This document shows positions 7,050 to 15,055 of a stretch of 15,532 nt of DNA, piece after piece. Source of the DNA: Candidatus Geohabitans tengchongensis (GTDB lineage: Bacteria; Sysuimicrobiota; Sysuimicrobiia; Sysuimicrobiales; Humicultoraceae); contig JAVKIH010000001.1 in assembly GCA_031459625.1 (NCBI GenBank), positions 339,302-354,833 on the forward strand, in the 5' to 3' direction. The notes beneath the pieces were generated by a model. That model made no database searches and was not told where the DNA came from. It was given only the letters and a program-made list of their open reading frames with translations. The position numbers and the translations under genes were made by a program. The number at the start of each line of letters is the position of its first letter. Position 1 is the stretch's first letter.

Positions 7050-7086
7050 TACGTCCATCATACGTCCTCACCCATACGTCCTCACC
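7050..7086. repeat. Exact 14-bp tandem repeat plus a partial third copy, overlapping a TATGAT -10 box
   Basis: CATACGTCCTCACC at 7059-7072 and 7073-7086; TACGTCC also at 7050-7056; TATGAT on the minus strand at 7062-7057. Confidence 0.85.
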
Positions 7087-8287
7087 AGGCGGGCGCTTCC
7101 CCCGAGGCGGGCGATGGGGCGGCGGGAGCCGGGCGTGCGGGGGTGACCAGACCGGCTGCGCCCAGCCCCAGGCTGACGGCCACCAACCCTACCCACCCCG
7201 CGGTGAACCCTCCTGTGGTGTCGCGCAGCATCCCGAGCACCAGCGGCCCCGCCACGGCGGCGAGCTGTCCCGCCGTGAGGACGGCTCCGGTCGCCGCTCC
7301 GACGCGGTCCACCGGCGCCAGCTCCGCCGCTGCCGCCAGGCACAGGGTGAAGGCCAGGCTCGTCCCGATCCCGATCAGGCTCCCCCACAGGATGCCCCCG
7401 GCTGCCGGTCCGAGCACGCCCAGCACCCCCACAGTGGTCACCGTGCCCGCCGCCACCAGACCCCGACGGTACCCGCGGGCACCGCGCACCAGCCGGGGCG
7501 TCAGGAGCGCCGCCGGGATCGAGCAGAGCGACAGCGCGCTGATCGGCAGCGATGCCCGGCCCACACTCCATCCCTGGGAGACGTAGTACTCGGGGAGCCA
7601 GGTGACGAGCCCGTAGAAGACCAGGGCCTGCGCGCTAAACGCCGCCGCGACCGGCCACAGCCCCGACACCACCCACCCCGGGCCGGCCCGTCGGTTCGCC
7701 GCGGACAGCTGTGCGCCGGGCAGACCGTTCCGTGTCAGCACCGCCCATCCCAGCGCTGGGACCAGTCCCAGCGCCCCCCAGAAGAGGAAGACCGCCTGCC
7801 ACGTGTGGAGGACGACGAGGAGCACAGTGGCCGAGGCACTGACGGCGGCCAGCGCTCCTGCGAGCATGCCGGTGGCGTAGACGGAGGTGGCCCCGGCGCT
7901 CCCGCCGGGAACGGCTCTGGCGAGGCGGGCCAGCGCGGGCTGGCTCAGGCTGATCCCCACGCCGAGGACCGCGGAGAGGCCCAGCAGGACGACGGGAGCG
8001 GTGAGCAGCCCGCGCAGGCCGCCGGCCACGGCGATCCCCAGTTGCGCGAAGAGGAGGACCGGCACCGGCCCGACCCGGTCATTGAGCAGGCCGGCAGGGA
8101 CGGAGAGCGCGGCCATAAGCAGCAGGGGCAGCGCCGTGAGGCCGGCCGCCGCCGTGGCCGAGAGGTGCAGATCGCGGAGGACCAGCGGGAGGAGCGGACC
8201 CGCTGCGACCAGCGGAGCCCGGCAGTTGAAGGCGGCGAGCCACATCAGGGCGAGGAGGAGGCTCCTCGGCATGGCTCTCTTACGCAT
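7082..8287 (-). CDS. MFS transporter, CynX/NimT-like
   Basis: About 12 hydrophobic segments; AFNCRAPLVAAGPLL, GLLNDRVG (MFS motif A) and FYGLVTWLP. The start may be ATG 8272. Confidence 0.88.
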   Translation of the reverse strand: MRKRAMPRSLLLALMWLAAFNCRAPLVAAGPLLPLVLRDLHLSATAAAGLTALPLLLMAALSVPAGLLNDRVGPVPVLLFAQLGIAVAGGLRGLLTAPVVLLGLSAVLGVGISLSQPALARLARAVPGGSAGATSVYATGMLAGALAAVSASATVLLVVLHTWQAVFLFWGALGLVPALGWAVLTRNGLPGAQLSAANRRAGPGWVVSGLWPVAAAFSAQALVFYGLVTWLPEYYVSQGWSVGRASLPISALSLCSIPAALLTPRLVRGARGYRRGLVAAGTVTTVGVLGVLGPAAGGILWGSLIGIGTSLAFTLCLAAAAELAPVDRVGAATGAVLTAGQLAAVAGPLVLGMLRDTTGGFTAGWVGLVAVSLGLGAAGLVTPARPAPAAPSPASGEAPAW

Positions 8288-8981
8288 CCGGCGGAGTGCG
8301 AGGCAGCCACCCTGACCAGGCGGCCTCGAAGTCGACGCCCGTCACCTCCACGGCGAGCACTCGGACCACCGGACCTGCGAACCCCACCCGCAGCACCTCG
8401 CCGACGACCAGGGGGACGGGCATGGTGTGGATCACCAGGGTGGCGCCGTCGTGGACGAGCACCGTCAGGCGAGCACGCACGCGGGCGACCGGCAGGTCGC
8501 CGGGCAGCGCGCGCAGCGTGACCGTGCCGGGCCGGACCTCCGTCACCACCCGGACCTCGCGCAGCGCCAGTGCGGTGTACAGCCCCGCCTCAACGGTGCG
8601 GGTGAGCACCGGCGGGTCGACGAGCGGCGGGCGCGCGTCGGTCACGGCGAGGCGGTAGCTGCGGATCAGGGTACGGCCGAGCGGCAGCACCGCCCGGAAG
8701 GCTTCGCTCTCCCCCGGCGCCAGGATCCAGGGGATGCCGTCGCTGCCGAACGCCGCCAGGTCACCCTGCGGGCCGTAACCCCACACGTCGATGACGAGGC
8801 GACTCACCGCCAGCGGCCCCGCGTTCCGGACCGTCCCCGTGACCGTGAACTGCCTGTCCGCCAGCCCATGGGCCACACCGAGGAGCTCGACGGTGGCGCG
8901 GGCGCCTGGGGCGGCGGGAGCCGGGGATGGCAGGAGGCTCCTGAGGAGCAGCGCGATGATCGGCAGGAGGGCCCAGCGCAT
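8280..8981 (-). CDS. Exported FxLYD-domain-like protein
   Basis: Signal peptide MRWALLPIIALLL...; VTGTVRNAG...VWGYGPQGDL...LAPGESEAF pattern. Start chosen at ATG 8981 within track ORF 8280..9236. Confidence 0.65.
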   Translation of the reverse strand: MRWALLPIIALLLRSLLPSPAPAAPGARATVELLGVAHGLADRQFTVTGTVRNAGPLAVSRLVIDVWGYGPQGDLAAFGSDGIPWILAPGESEAFRAVLPLGRTLIRSYRLAVTDARPPLVDPPVLTRTVEAGLYTALALREVRVVTEVRPGTVTLRALPGDLPVARVRARLTVLVHDGATLVIHTMPVPLVVGEVLRVGFAGPVVRVLAVEVTGVDFEAAWSGWLPRTPPDA

Positions 8982-9197
8982 GGCGGTGCGTCTACGGCTC
9001 CAGCCTACACCGACAGCGAGGGGCGCGCAGCCACGGGTGGCCGCAGCGGAAGCCCCAGTTCTCCCGTCTTCGAAGGGGCGGCGTCCGGAAGTTCGAAGGG
9101 AGCAGGGTCCGGATCGTACGTGCGTTCGCATCGCCGCGCAGTCGCACCGGACCCGACGCTTCGGTAGAGTAGAGAGAGATTGGGAGGGAGATGGGGC

Positions 9198-10097
9198 ATG
9201 GCCATCGATCGGGTGCGGCAGGCGCTGCGCACCCACGGCATCGAGCCAGAGGTGCTGGAGTTCCCGGCGGGCACGCGCACCGCCGAAGAGGCCGCGCGGG
9301 CCGTCGACACGACCCCGGCGCAGATCGTGAAGTCGCTGGTGTTCCTGGCCGATGGGCGTCCCGTCCTGGCGCTCGTCTCAGGGGCCAATCGGGTGGACCT
9401 CCAGAAGCTGGCCCGGGCGGTCGGGGCGAGGACCGTGACCAAGGCAGACGCCGAGACCGTGCGCGAGGCCACGGGCTTCGCCATCGGGGGCGTCCCGCCG
9501 GTGGGGCACCGGCAGCCGTTGCCGGTGGTGATGGACCGCGACCTGCTGCCGCATCCGGTCGTCTACGCGGCGGCGGGCACGCCGCAGGCGGTCTTCCCGA
9601 TCGCGCCCGGCCGGCTGTGCGACCTGACCGGGGCGGCCGTCGTCGACCTGCGGGAGGACCGCGGAGGAGGCCGGACGGTGCTGGAGTTCGAGGCGCTGCG
9701 CAGGCTGTTGCGCGAGGTGCAAACGGTGGCGGTCGTCGGCCTCTCGGCCGACGAGGACGCCGAGAGCTACGGGGTGGCCGCCTACCTGCAGCAGGCGGGG
9801 TACCGCATCATCCCGGTGAACCCGCGCTACGCCGGGCAGGAGATCCTCGGTGAGCGGGTCTACGCCTCGCTGCGCGAGGTCCCCGTGCCGGTGGACATCG
9901 TAGACGTCTTCCGCCGGTCCGACGGGGTGCCACCCATTGCCGAGGACGCGCTGGCCCTCTCACCCCGCCCGAAGCTCTTCTGGATGCAGGTGGGCATCGA
10001 GCACCCCGAGGCGGCGCGCCGACTGGAGGCGGCCGGCATCCCCGTCGTCCAGAACGTCTGCCTGCGCGCCACGCACCGGCTCCTGGCGCTCGGCTGA
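9198..10097 (+). CDS. YbaK/EbsC aminoacyl-tRNA deacylase-like domain fused in frame to a YccU-like CoA-binding domain
   Basis: N-half: TRTAEEAA, QIVKSLVF, GFAIGGVPPVGH, AAAGTP. C-half: VAVVGLS, YRIIPVNP, VDIVDVFRRS, FWMQVGI. GGAG-rich SD and a TAGAGT -10 candidate at 9165-9170. Confidence 0.88.
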   Translation: MAIDRVRQALRTHGIEPEVLEFPAGTRTAEEAARAVDTTPAQIVKSLVFLADGRPVLALVSGANRVDLQKLARAVGARTVTKADAETVREATGFAIGGVPPVGHRQPLPVVMDRDLLPHPVVYAAAGTPQAVFPIAPGRLCDLTGAAVVDLREDRGGGRTVLEFEALRRLLREVQTVAVVGLSADEDAESYGVAAYLQQAGYRIIPVNPRYAGQEILGERVYASLREVPVPVDIVDVFRRSDGVPPIAEDALALSPRPKLFWMQVGIEHPEAARRLEAAGIPVVQNVCLRATHRLLALG

Positions 10098-10117
10098 GCC
10101 CCGACCCGCGGAAACCG

Positions 10118-10482
10118 ATGGGCCACTCCGCGTGCAATGCCGACCTCGAGGTCCGGGCGGCGCTCAACTTCCCGCCGGAAACCTGCATCGTCGATTCCAC
10201 CCTGCGAAGCTTACAGGCAGGCTTCTCCGGCAGCGGCTACACGGTCCGCGACCTTATGAAGGCGATCGGCCACCGCTGGCCACATCGCTCCCTGAGGTCA
10301 TGATGGTGCTGGCGGCCCTTTACGGCGTGCGCACGGGTATCCGCCCGCAGCCCCTCCGGGACGTCTCGCTCCTGGTGCGCCAGCACACCGGCGTTCCTCT
10401 TCCCAGGGGCGCCCGCCGCGCCCCGCGGGCCAGGCAGCGCCTCGACGTCCGGGAGAGGCAGGCCGCCCGGACGACCGGATGA
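10118..10482 (+). pseudogene. Internally deleted, frameshifted remnant of a DRE-TIM (LeuA/homocitrate synthase-like) gene
   Basis: CIVDSTLRSLQAG resembles the N-terminal IxDTTLRDGxQ motif. It is followed within about 20 codons by IGHR and then, in another frame, SLPEVMMVLAALYGVRTGI...LRDVSLLVRQHTGVPLP, which resembles the end of the catalytic domain. Confidence 0.65.
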
Positions 10483-10500
10483 CCCGCGGGCGGGGTAAAC

Positions 10501-11880
10501 ATGACCGTCGACCTCGTCATCCGCGGCGGCACCGTGGTCACCGCGGACGGCGCACGCCGGCTGGCCGTGGCGGTGCAGGGCGAGACCATCGCCGCCCTCG
10601 ACCGCGACGACGCCATGCCCCCCGCCCGCGAGGTGCTCGATGCCGACGGACTGTACGTCCTCCCCGGCGTCATCGACACCCATACCCACCTCCGAGAGCC
10701 GGGCAACACCGACCGGGAGGATTGGGAGACCGGCACCCGCGCGGCGGCGGCTGGCGGAGTCACCACCGTCCTCGAGATGCCGACAGCCTCCCCGCCAGTG
10801 AACGCCGCGGGCGTCCTGGTCACGCGCGCAGCGCGAGTCCAGCCCCGCGCCTATGTGGACTTCGGGCTCTACGGCGGTGCGAGCGCAGACAACCTGGCGG
10901 ACCTCCTCCCCCTGGCTGAGGCGGGGGCCGTTGCCTTCAAGACCTTCCGCACACGGGCCTTCCCCGGTCGTGAGGGCGAGTTTCTCGGAATCTGCTGTCC
11001 CGACGCCGGTGGGATGTGGCAGGCGATGGCGGAGACGGCCCGCACCGGCCGCTTCCACGTGGTCCACGCTGAAGAGCAACAAGTCCTGGACGCAGCGTAC
11101 GCGCGCGTGCGGGCCCAAGGGCTGCGCGGGGGGCCCGCCCACGCGGCGGCACGGCCCGAAGTCGCCGAGGTGGCCTCGGTGGCGCAGTGCCTGGCGCTCG
11201 CCGCGTCCGTCGGCACGCGCATCCAGTTCGCTCACCTGAGCACCCGCGCTGCCGTCGACCTGGTTGCCGCAGCGCGTGACCGTGGCGTCCGGGCCACGGT
11301 AGAGACCTGCCCGCATTACCTCACCTTCAGCGAGGAGACCCTCGAAGCATGGGGCCCGCTCGCCAAGAGCGACCCGCCTCTACGCCCGCGCGAGACGGTC
11401 GAGCAGCTCTGGGAAGCGGTGCGTGCCGGCTTGGTGGACGTCATCGGCTCCGACCACGCTCCATTCACCCTCGAGGAGAAGCAGCGCGGAGCGGACGACA
11501 TCTTCCAGGCCCCTTCAGGGATCGCCGGGCTGGAGCTGCTGCTTCCCCTCATGCTCACTCACGTCCACGCGGGCCGCCTGTCGCTGCCGGCACTGGTCCG
11601 GCTCACGAGCGAGAACCCCGCGCGCCTCTTCGGACTCTGGCCGCGCAAAGGACGCCTGGCGGTGGGAGCGGACGCGGACCTGGTGATCGTGGACCTGCAC
11701 GCGGAGCGGATCCAGGACCATCGCCGGATGCACACCAAGGCCGCGGCGACGGCCCGGCTGTTCGACGGGATACGGCTTCGGGGGCTGCCCGTTTACACCC
11801 TCATCCGGGGCCGCGTCGTCATGCGGCAGGGCGAAGTGGTCGGCCCTCGAGGGTGGGGACGGTGGGTGCGCCCGACCTGA
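10501..11880 (+). CDS. Cyclic amidohydrolase (allantoinase/dihydroorotase/hydantoinase family)
   Basis: PGVIDTHTH, AAAAGGVTTVLEMP, AFKTF (carboxylated Lys position), VHAE, HLS, ETCPHYL and IGSDHAP. Confidence 0.92.
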   Translation: MTVDLVIRGGTVVTADGARRLAVAVQGETIAALDRDDAMPPAREVLDADGLYVLPGVIDTHTHLREPGNTDREDWETGTRAAAAGGVTTVLEMPTASPPVNAAGVLVTRAARVQPRAYVDFGLYGGASADNLADLLPLAEAGAVAFKTFRTRAFPGREGEFLGICCPDAGGMWQAMAETARTGRFHVVHAEEQQVLDAAYARVRAQGLRGGPAHAAARPEVAEVASVAQCLALAASVGTRIQFAHLSTRAAVDLVAAARDRGVRATVETCPHYLTFSEETLEAWGPLAKSDPPLRPRETVEQLWEAVRAGLVDVIGSDHAPFTLEEKQRGADDIFQAPSGIAGLELLLPLMLTHVHAGRLSLPALVRLTSENPARLFGLWPRKGRLAVGADADLVIVDLHAERIQDHRRMHTKAAATARLFDGIRLRGLPVYTLIRGRVVMRQGEVVGPRGWGRWVRPT

Positions 11881-11913
11881 CGGTTGAGGCGGCTAGGTCG
11901 GCCGGGGCTGCAG

Positions 11914-13179
11914 CTAAACCGTGGCTTGGTCAGCGAGGCGCCACATCGCGTGGGCGAGCACCGTCGCGCCGACCAGGATGTCCTCCGTGTCGACCTCTTC
12001 CAAGTGAGAGTGGCTGAGGCCGGACCGGTTGCGCACCAAGAGCATGCCGGCAGGCGCCAGCTGCCCTGCGTACATCGCGTCGTGAGCTGCCCGGCTCACC
12101 ACCGGCACAGCCTGGACGTGCAGATCGGCACAGACCTCCTCCAGCAAGGCCACCAGTGCGGACGGGACAACGGCAGGCGTGGACCGGGAGACGGCAGTCC
12201 AGCTGACCTCGACGCCGCGGTCCGCCGCGACCCCGCGCAGGCGGCCCTGGACCGCACGCATCGCCGCCGCCATCGCCCGGTCGTCGACCGCGCGAATCTC
12301 CACGTCCAGCGTGGCCCGTCCCGGGACGGTGTTGAAAGCCCCGGGTTCCACGCGGACGTTCCCGACGGTGGTCCAGGCGCCTGACGGTTCCAGCCGGCGG
12401 CCCTCCCCTTCTACGGCGAGGATGACCGCCGCGGCTGCCGCTAGGGCGTCCTTCCGGTTCGCCATCCGGGTAGCCCCCGAGTGGCTCGCCATCCCCTCCA
12501 CGATCACCCGCAGGCGGAGCGGGGCTGCGATCGCCGTCACGATGCCCACGGGCACCCCAGCATCCTGCAGGTCGGTGGCCTGGTCGATGTGCAGTTCGAG
12601 GAAGGCGCGTGCCCAGGTTCCCGGCTCACGCCGCGCTGCCGTCACATCGGGGGTTCCGAGGCCCAGCGCGGCCAGCGCCTGCCGCAGGGAGACGCCGGCA
12701 TCGTCGACGAGACGGTCGAGGTCATCCGGGGCGAGCGCGCCGGCGAGCCCTCGGCTCCCCAGGCACCCCGTGCCAAATCGGGTGGACTCCTCGGCGGCGA
12801 ACGCGACGACTCCGACGGGCGCCTCCGGCGCCGCCTCGCGGATCGTCTGCACCGCGTGGATTGCGCAGACCAGGCCGAGCGCCCCGTCGAACCGACCGCC
12901 GTGCAGCACGCTGTCGAAGTGGGAACCCGAGAGGACGTCGTCGGCAGGTCCCCCGTGCCTGCGGGCAGGCCGTCCTTCCACGTTGCCCAGAGCGTCCACC
13001 GAGACGGCCAAACCCATCGCCCGCAGCTTGCCGGCGATCCAGTTCCGGGCGGCCTGTTCCGTTGGGGTGTAGGCCAGCCGGGTGATGCCTCCGGATGGCT
13101 CCTGTCCGATGGTGGACAGCTCCCGAAGATCCGCCAGGAGACGGTCCGCTGATAAGGGTTCGAATCTCGAGGTGCCCAT
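11914..13179 (-). CDS. M20 Zn-dependent hydrolase (allantoate amidohydrolase/N-carbamoyl-amino acid hydrolase family)
   Basis: GITRLAYT, SGSHFDSV..GGRFDGALG, AEESTRF, ELHIDQ, HSGAT, HDAM and GLSH. Alternative start ATG 13227. Confidence 0.92.
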   Translation of the reverse strand: MGTSRFEPLSADRLLADLRELSTIGQEPSGGITRLAYTPTEQAARNWIAGKLRAMGLAVSVDALGNVEGRPARRHGGPADDVLSGSHFDSVLHGGRFDGALGLVCAIHAVQTIREAAPEAPVGVVAFAAEESTRFGTGCLGSRGLAGALAPDDLDRLVDDAGVSLRQALAALGLGTPDVTAARREPGTWARAFLELHIDQATDLQDAGVPVGIVTAIAAPLRLRVIVEGMASHSGATRMANRKDALAAAAAVILAVEGEGRRLEPSGAWTTVGNVRVEPGAFNTVPGRATLDVEIRAVDDRAMAAAMRAVQGRLRGVAADRGVEVSWTAVSRSTPAVVPSALVALLEEVCADLHVQAVPVVSRAAHDAMYAGQLAPAGMLLVRNRSGLSHSHLEEVDTEDILVGATVLAHAMWRLADQATV

Positions 13180-13341
13180 AGGAGCGCCGCCGGTTGACTT
13201 GGTACACGTATCGGAACCCGATTTCATTTTCTGGATGTGTCAGCGGACGCCGTCAACGAGATTTTCACTCAGTAAGCAGGAGTTCAGCGCAGGTTGTCTG
13301 CAAACATTTTCAGCAATGCTTGTTTCAGGCGGGAGGTGAAC

Positions 13342-14670
13342 ATGTCTCGCATCGCAGTCGTCATGCCTGGACCCGAGGCCCGGCGCTTGTTGCGTCTGCG
13401 CGAACAATACGTGCCGCGGGGGGTAGCCACTGCGGTCCCTACGGTAATCGCCCAGGCTGAGGGTGCCCGGGTGCGTGATGTGGACGGCCACGAGTTCATC
13501 GACTTCGCCGCCGGAATCGGCACGGTAAACGTCGGCCACCGGCCCATGGCGGTGCTCGAGGCGGTGCGCGCCCAGCTGGACCGCCTCCTCCACACCTGTG
13601 CGCACGTGGCCATGTACGAGCCGTACCTCTATCTGGCCGAGCGGCTGGCCTCCGTGACGCCGGGGACCGGGGCGAAGAAGGTCCTCCTGGTGAACAGCGG
13701 CGCCGAGGCGGTGGAGAACGCCGTGAAGATCGCCCGGGCCGCCACCGGGCGCCGCGCCGTGGTCTGCTTCGAGTACGCCTTCCACGGCCGGACGGTACTG
13801 GCCCTCAGCCTGACCAGCAAGGTCAGGCCCTACAAGGCCGGCTTCGGCCCGTTCGTGCCCGAGGTGTACCGGGCGCCCTACTCCTACCCCTACCGCTGCC
13901 CCCGCGGCGGGGACCCGGCCGACTGCGACCTCTGCACGGGGCGGGCGCTGGAGGTCTTCCTGGCGACGCACGTGGACCCGGCGGAGGTGGCGGCGGTGAT
14001 CGTGGAGCCGGTGGCGGGAGAGGGGGGGTTCGTGGTGCCGCACCCGGCGTTCCTGCCCACGGTGGCGGAGCTCTGCCGCCGCCACGGCATCCTGCTCATC
14101 GCCGACGAGATCCAGACCGGCTTTGGCCGCACCGGACGGCTCTTCGCCGTGGAGCACGCCGGCGTGGTTCCCGATCTCCTGGTCCTCTCCAAGTCGCTGG
14201 CGGCCGGGCTGCCGCTGGCTGCGGTGGTAGGGCGGGCGGAGGTGATGGACGCACCGGTGGTCGGGGGCCTGGGAGGGACCTTCGGCGGCAACCCGTTGAG
14301 CTGTGCGGCGGCCCTGGCGGTGCTGGATCTGGTGACGGACCCCGCCTTCCTGGAGCGCGCCGGCCGTCTGGGTGCGGCCATGCAGGCACGCTTGGCCGCC
14401 ATGGCCCAGCGCTACCCGCTGGTGGGCGAGGCTCGCGGCCTGGGAGCGATGGCAGCCCTCGAGCTGGTGCGCGACCACACGACCAAGGAACCGGCCGCCG
14501 AGGAAACCGGTCGGGTCCTGCGCGCCTGCCACGAGCGTGGTCTCCTCATCCTGAAGGCGGGCGTCCACGACAACGTCGTCCGGCTCCTGCCGCCGCTCAC
14601 TATCAGCGATGAAGACCTGGAGGACGGTCTGGCCATCCTGGAGGATGCACTGACCGTTGTGGTTGGCTGA
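13342..14670 (+). CDS. gabT: 4-aminobutyrate aminotransferase-like class III PLP enzyme
   Basis: IDFAAGIG, NSGAEAVENAVKIAR, AFHGRT, EPVAGEGG, ADEIQTGFGRTG, SKSLAAGLPL and GGTFGGNP; GGAGGTG SD before ATG 13342. Confidence 0.9.
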   Translation: MSRIAVVMPGPEARRLLRLREQYVPRGVATAVPTVIAQAEGARVRDVDGHEFIDFAAGIGTVNVGHRPMAVLEAVRAQLDRLLHTCAHVAMYEPYLYLAERLASVTPGTGAKKVLLVNSGAEAVENAVKIARAATGRRAVVCFEYAFHGRTVLALSLTSKVRPYKAGFGPFVPEVYRAPYSYPYRCPRGGDPADCDLCTGRALEVFLATHVDPAEVAAVIVEPVAGEGGFVVPHPAFLPTVAELCRRHGILLIADEIQTGFGRTGRLFAVEHAGVVPDLLVLSKSLAAGLPLAAVVGRAEVMDAPVVGGLGGTFGGNPLSCAAALAVLDLVTDPAFLERAGRLGAAMQARLAAMAQRYPLVGEARGLGAMAALELVRDHTTKEPAAEETGRVLRACHERGLLILKAGVHDNVVRLLPPLTISDEDLEDGLAILEDALTVVVG

Positions 14671-14671
14671 G

Positions 14672-14775
14672 AACGCTGTGGAGTTCCGCCGTTGGCCGTG
14701 GCCTTCGGTTCTGTGCGCTTCGTTGGCGTTGTTCGATTCGGTGTCGGGGACCTGAGGGTTCGTTCAGATGTAACA
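14672..14775 (-). mobile_element. Possible transposon end remnant (TGTTACA... terminus)
   Basis: On the minus strand the permease-like sequence ends where TGTTACATCTGAACGAAC begins (14775), followed by several GAAC-containing repeats. Confidence 0.4.
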
Positions 14776-15055
14776 AGGGGAGTCATGTTCGCGGTCAGCT
14801 CCTGCGCCTGTCGAGCCTGGCCCAATAACTCCTGGAGGCCAATGACATAGCCCACTGATGTCAGCTTTACCAATGCTATCGCCTCGTTGGTCAGCGGGGG
14901 CATGGCGATCATGACCGCCTGCGGGAGAATTACGTACCGCATTGCTTGGCCAGAAGAAAGACCGAGAGCTCGAGCAGCTTCACGCTGGCCTGGTGACACT
15001 CCTTCCAATGCGCCTCTAAAAATCTCGGCGGCGTAGGCACTGCCGTACAAGCCGA
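14776..15055 (-). pseudogene. Internal fragment of a polar amino acid ABC transporter permease (HisM/GlnP family)
   Basis: GLYGSAYAAEIFRGALEGVSPGQREAARALGLS...VILPQA...PPLTNEAIALVKLTS (EAA motif). The 5' part is cut by the IS end, and the final transmembrane helix is missing. Confidence 0.85.

Noticed and set aside
10501..11880. Assigning allB or pyrC
   Set aside because: The motifs are shared across the family, so the substrate cannot be determined by eye.
13199..13216. Sigma-54 promoter (TGGTAC...)
   Set aside because: No TTGC at the -12 position.
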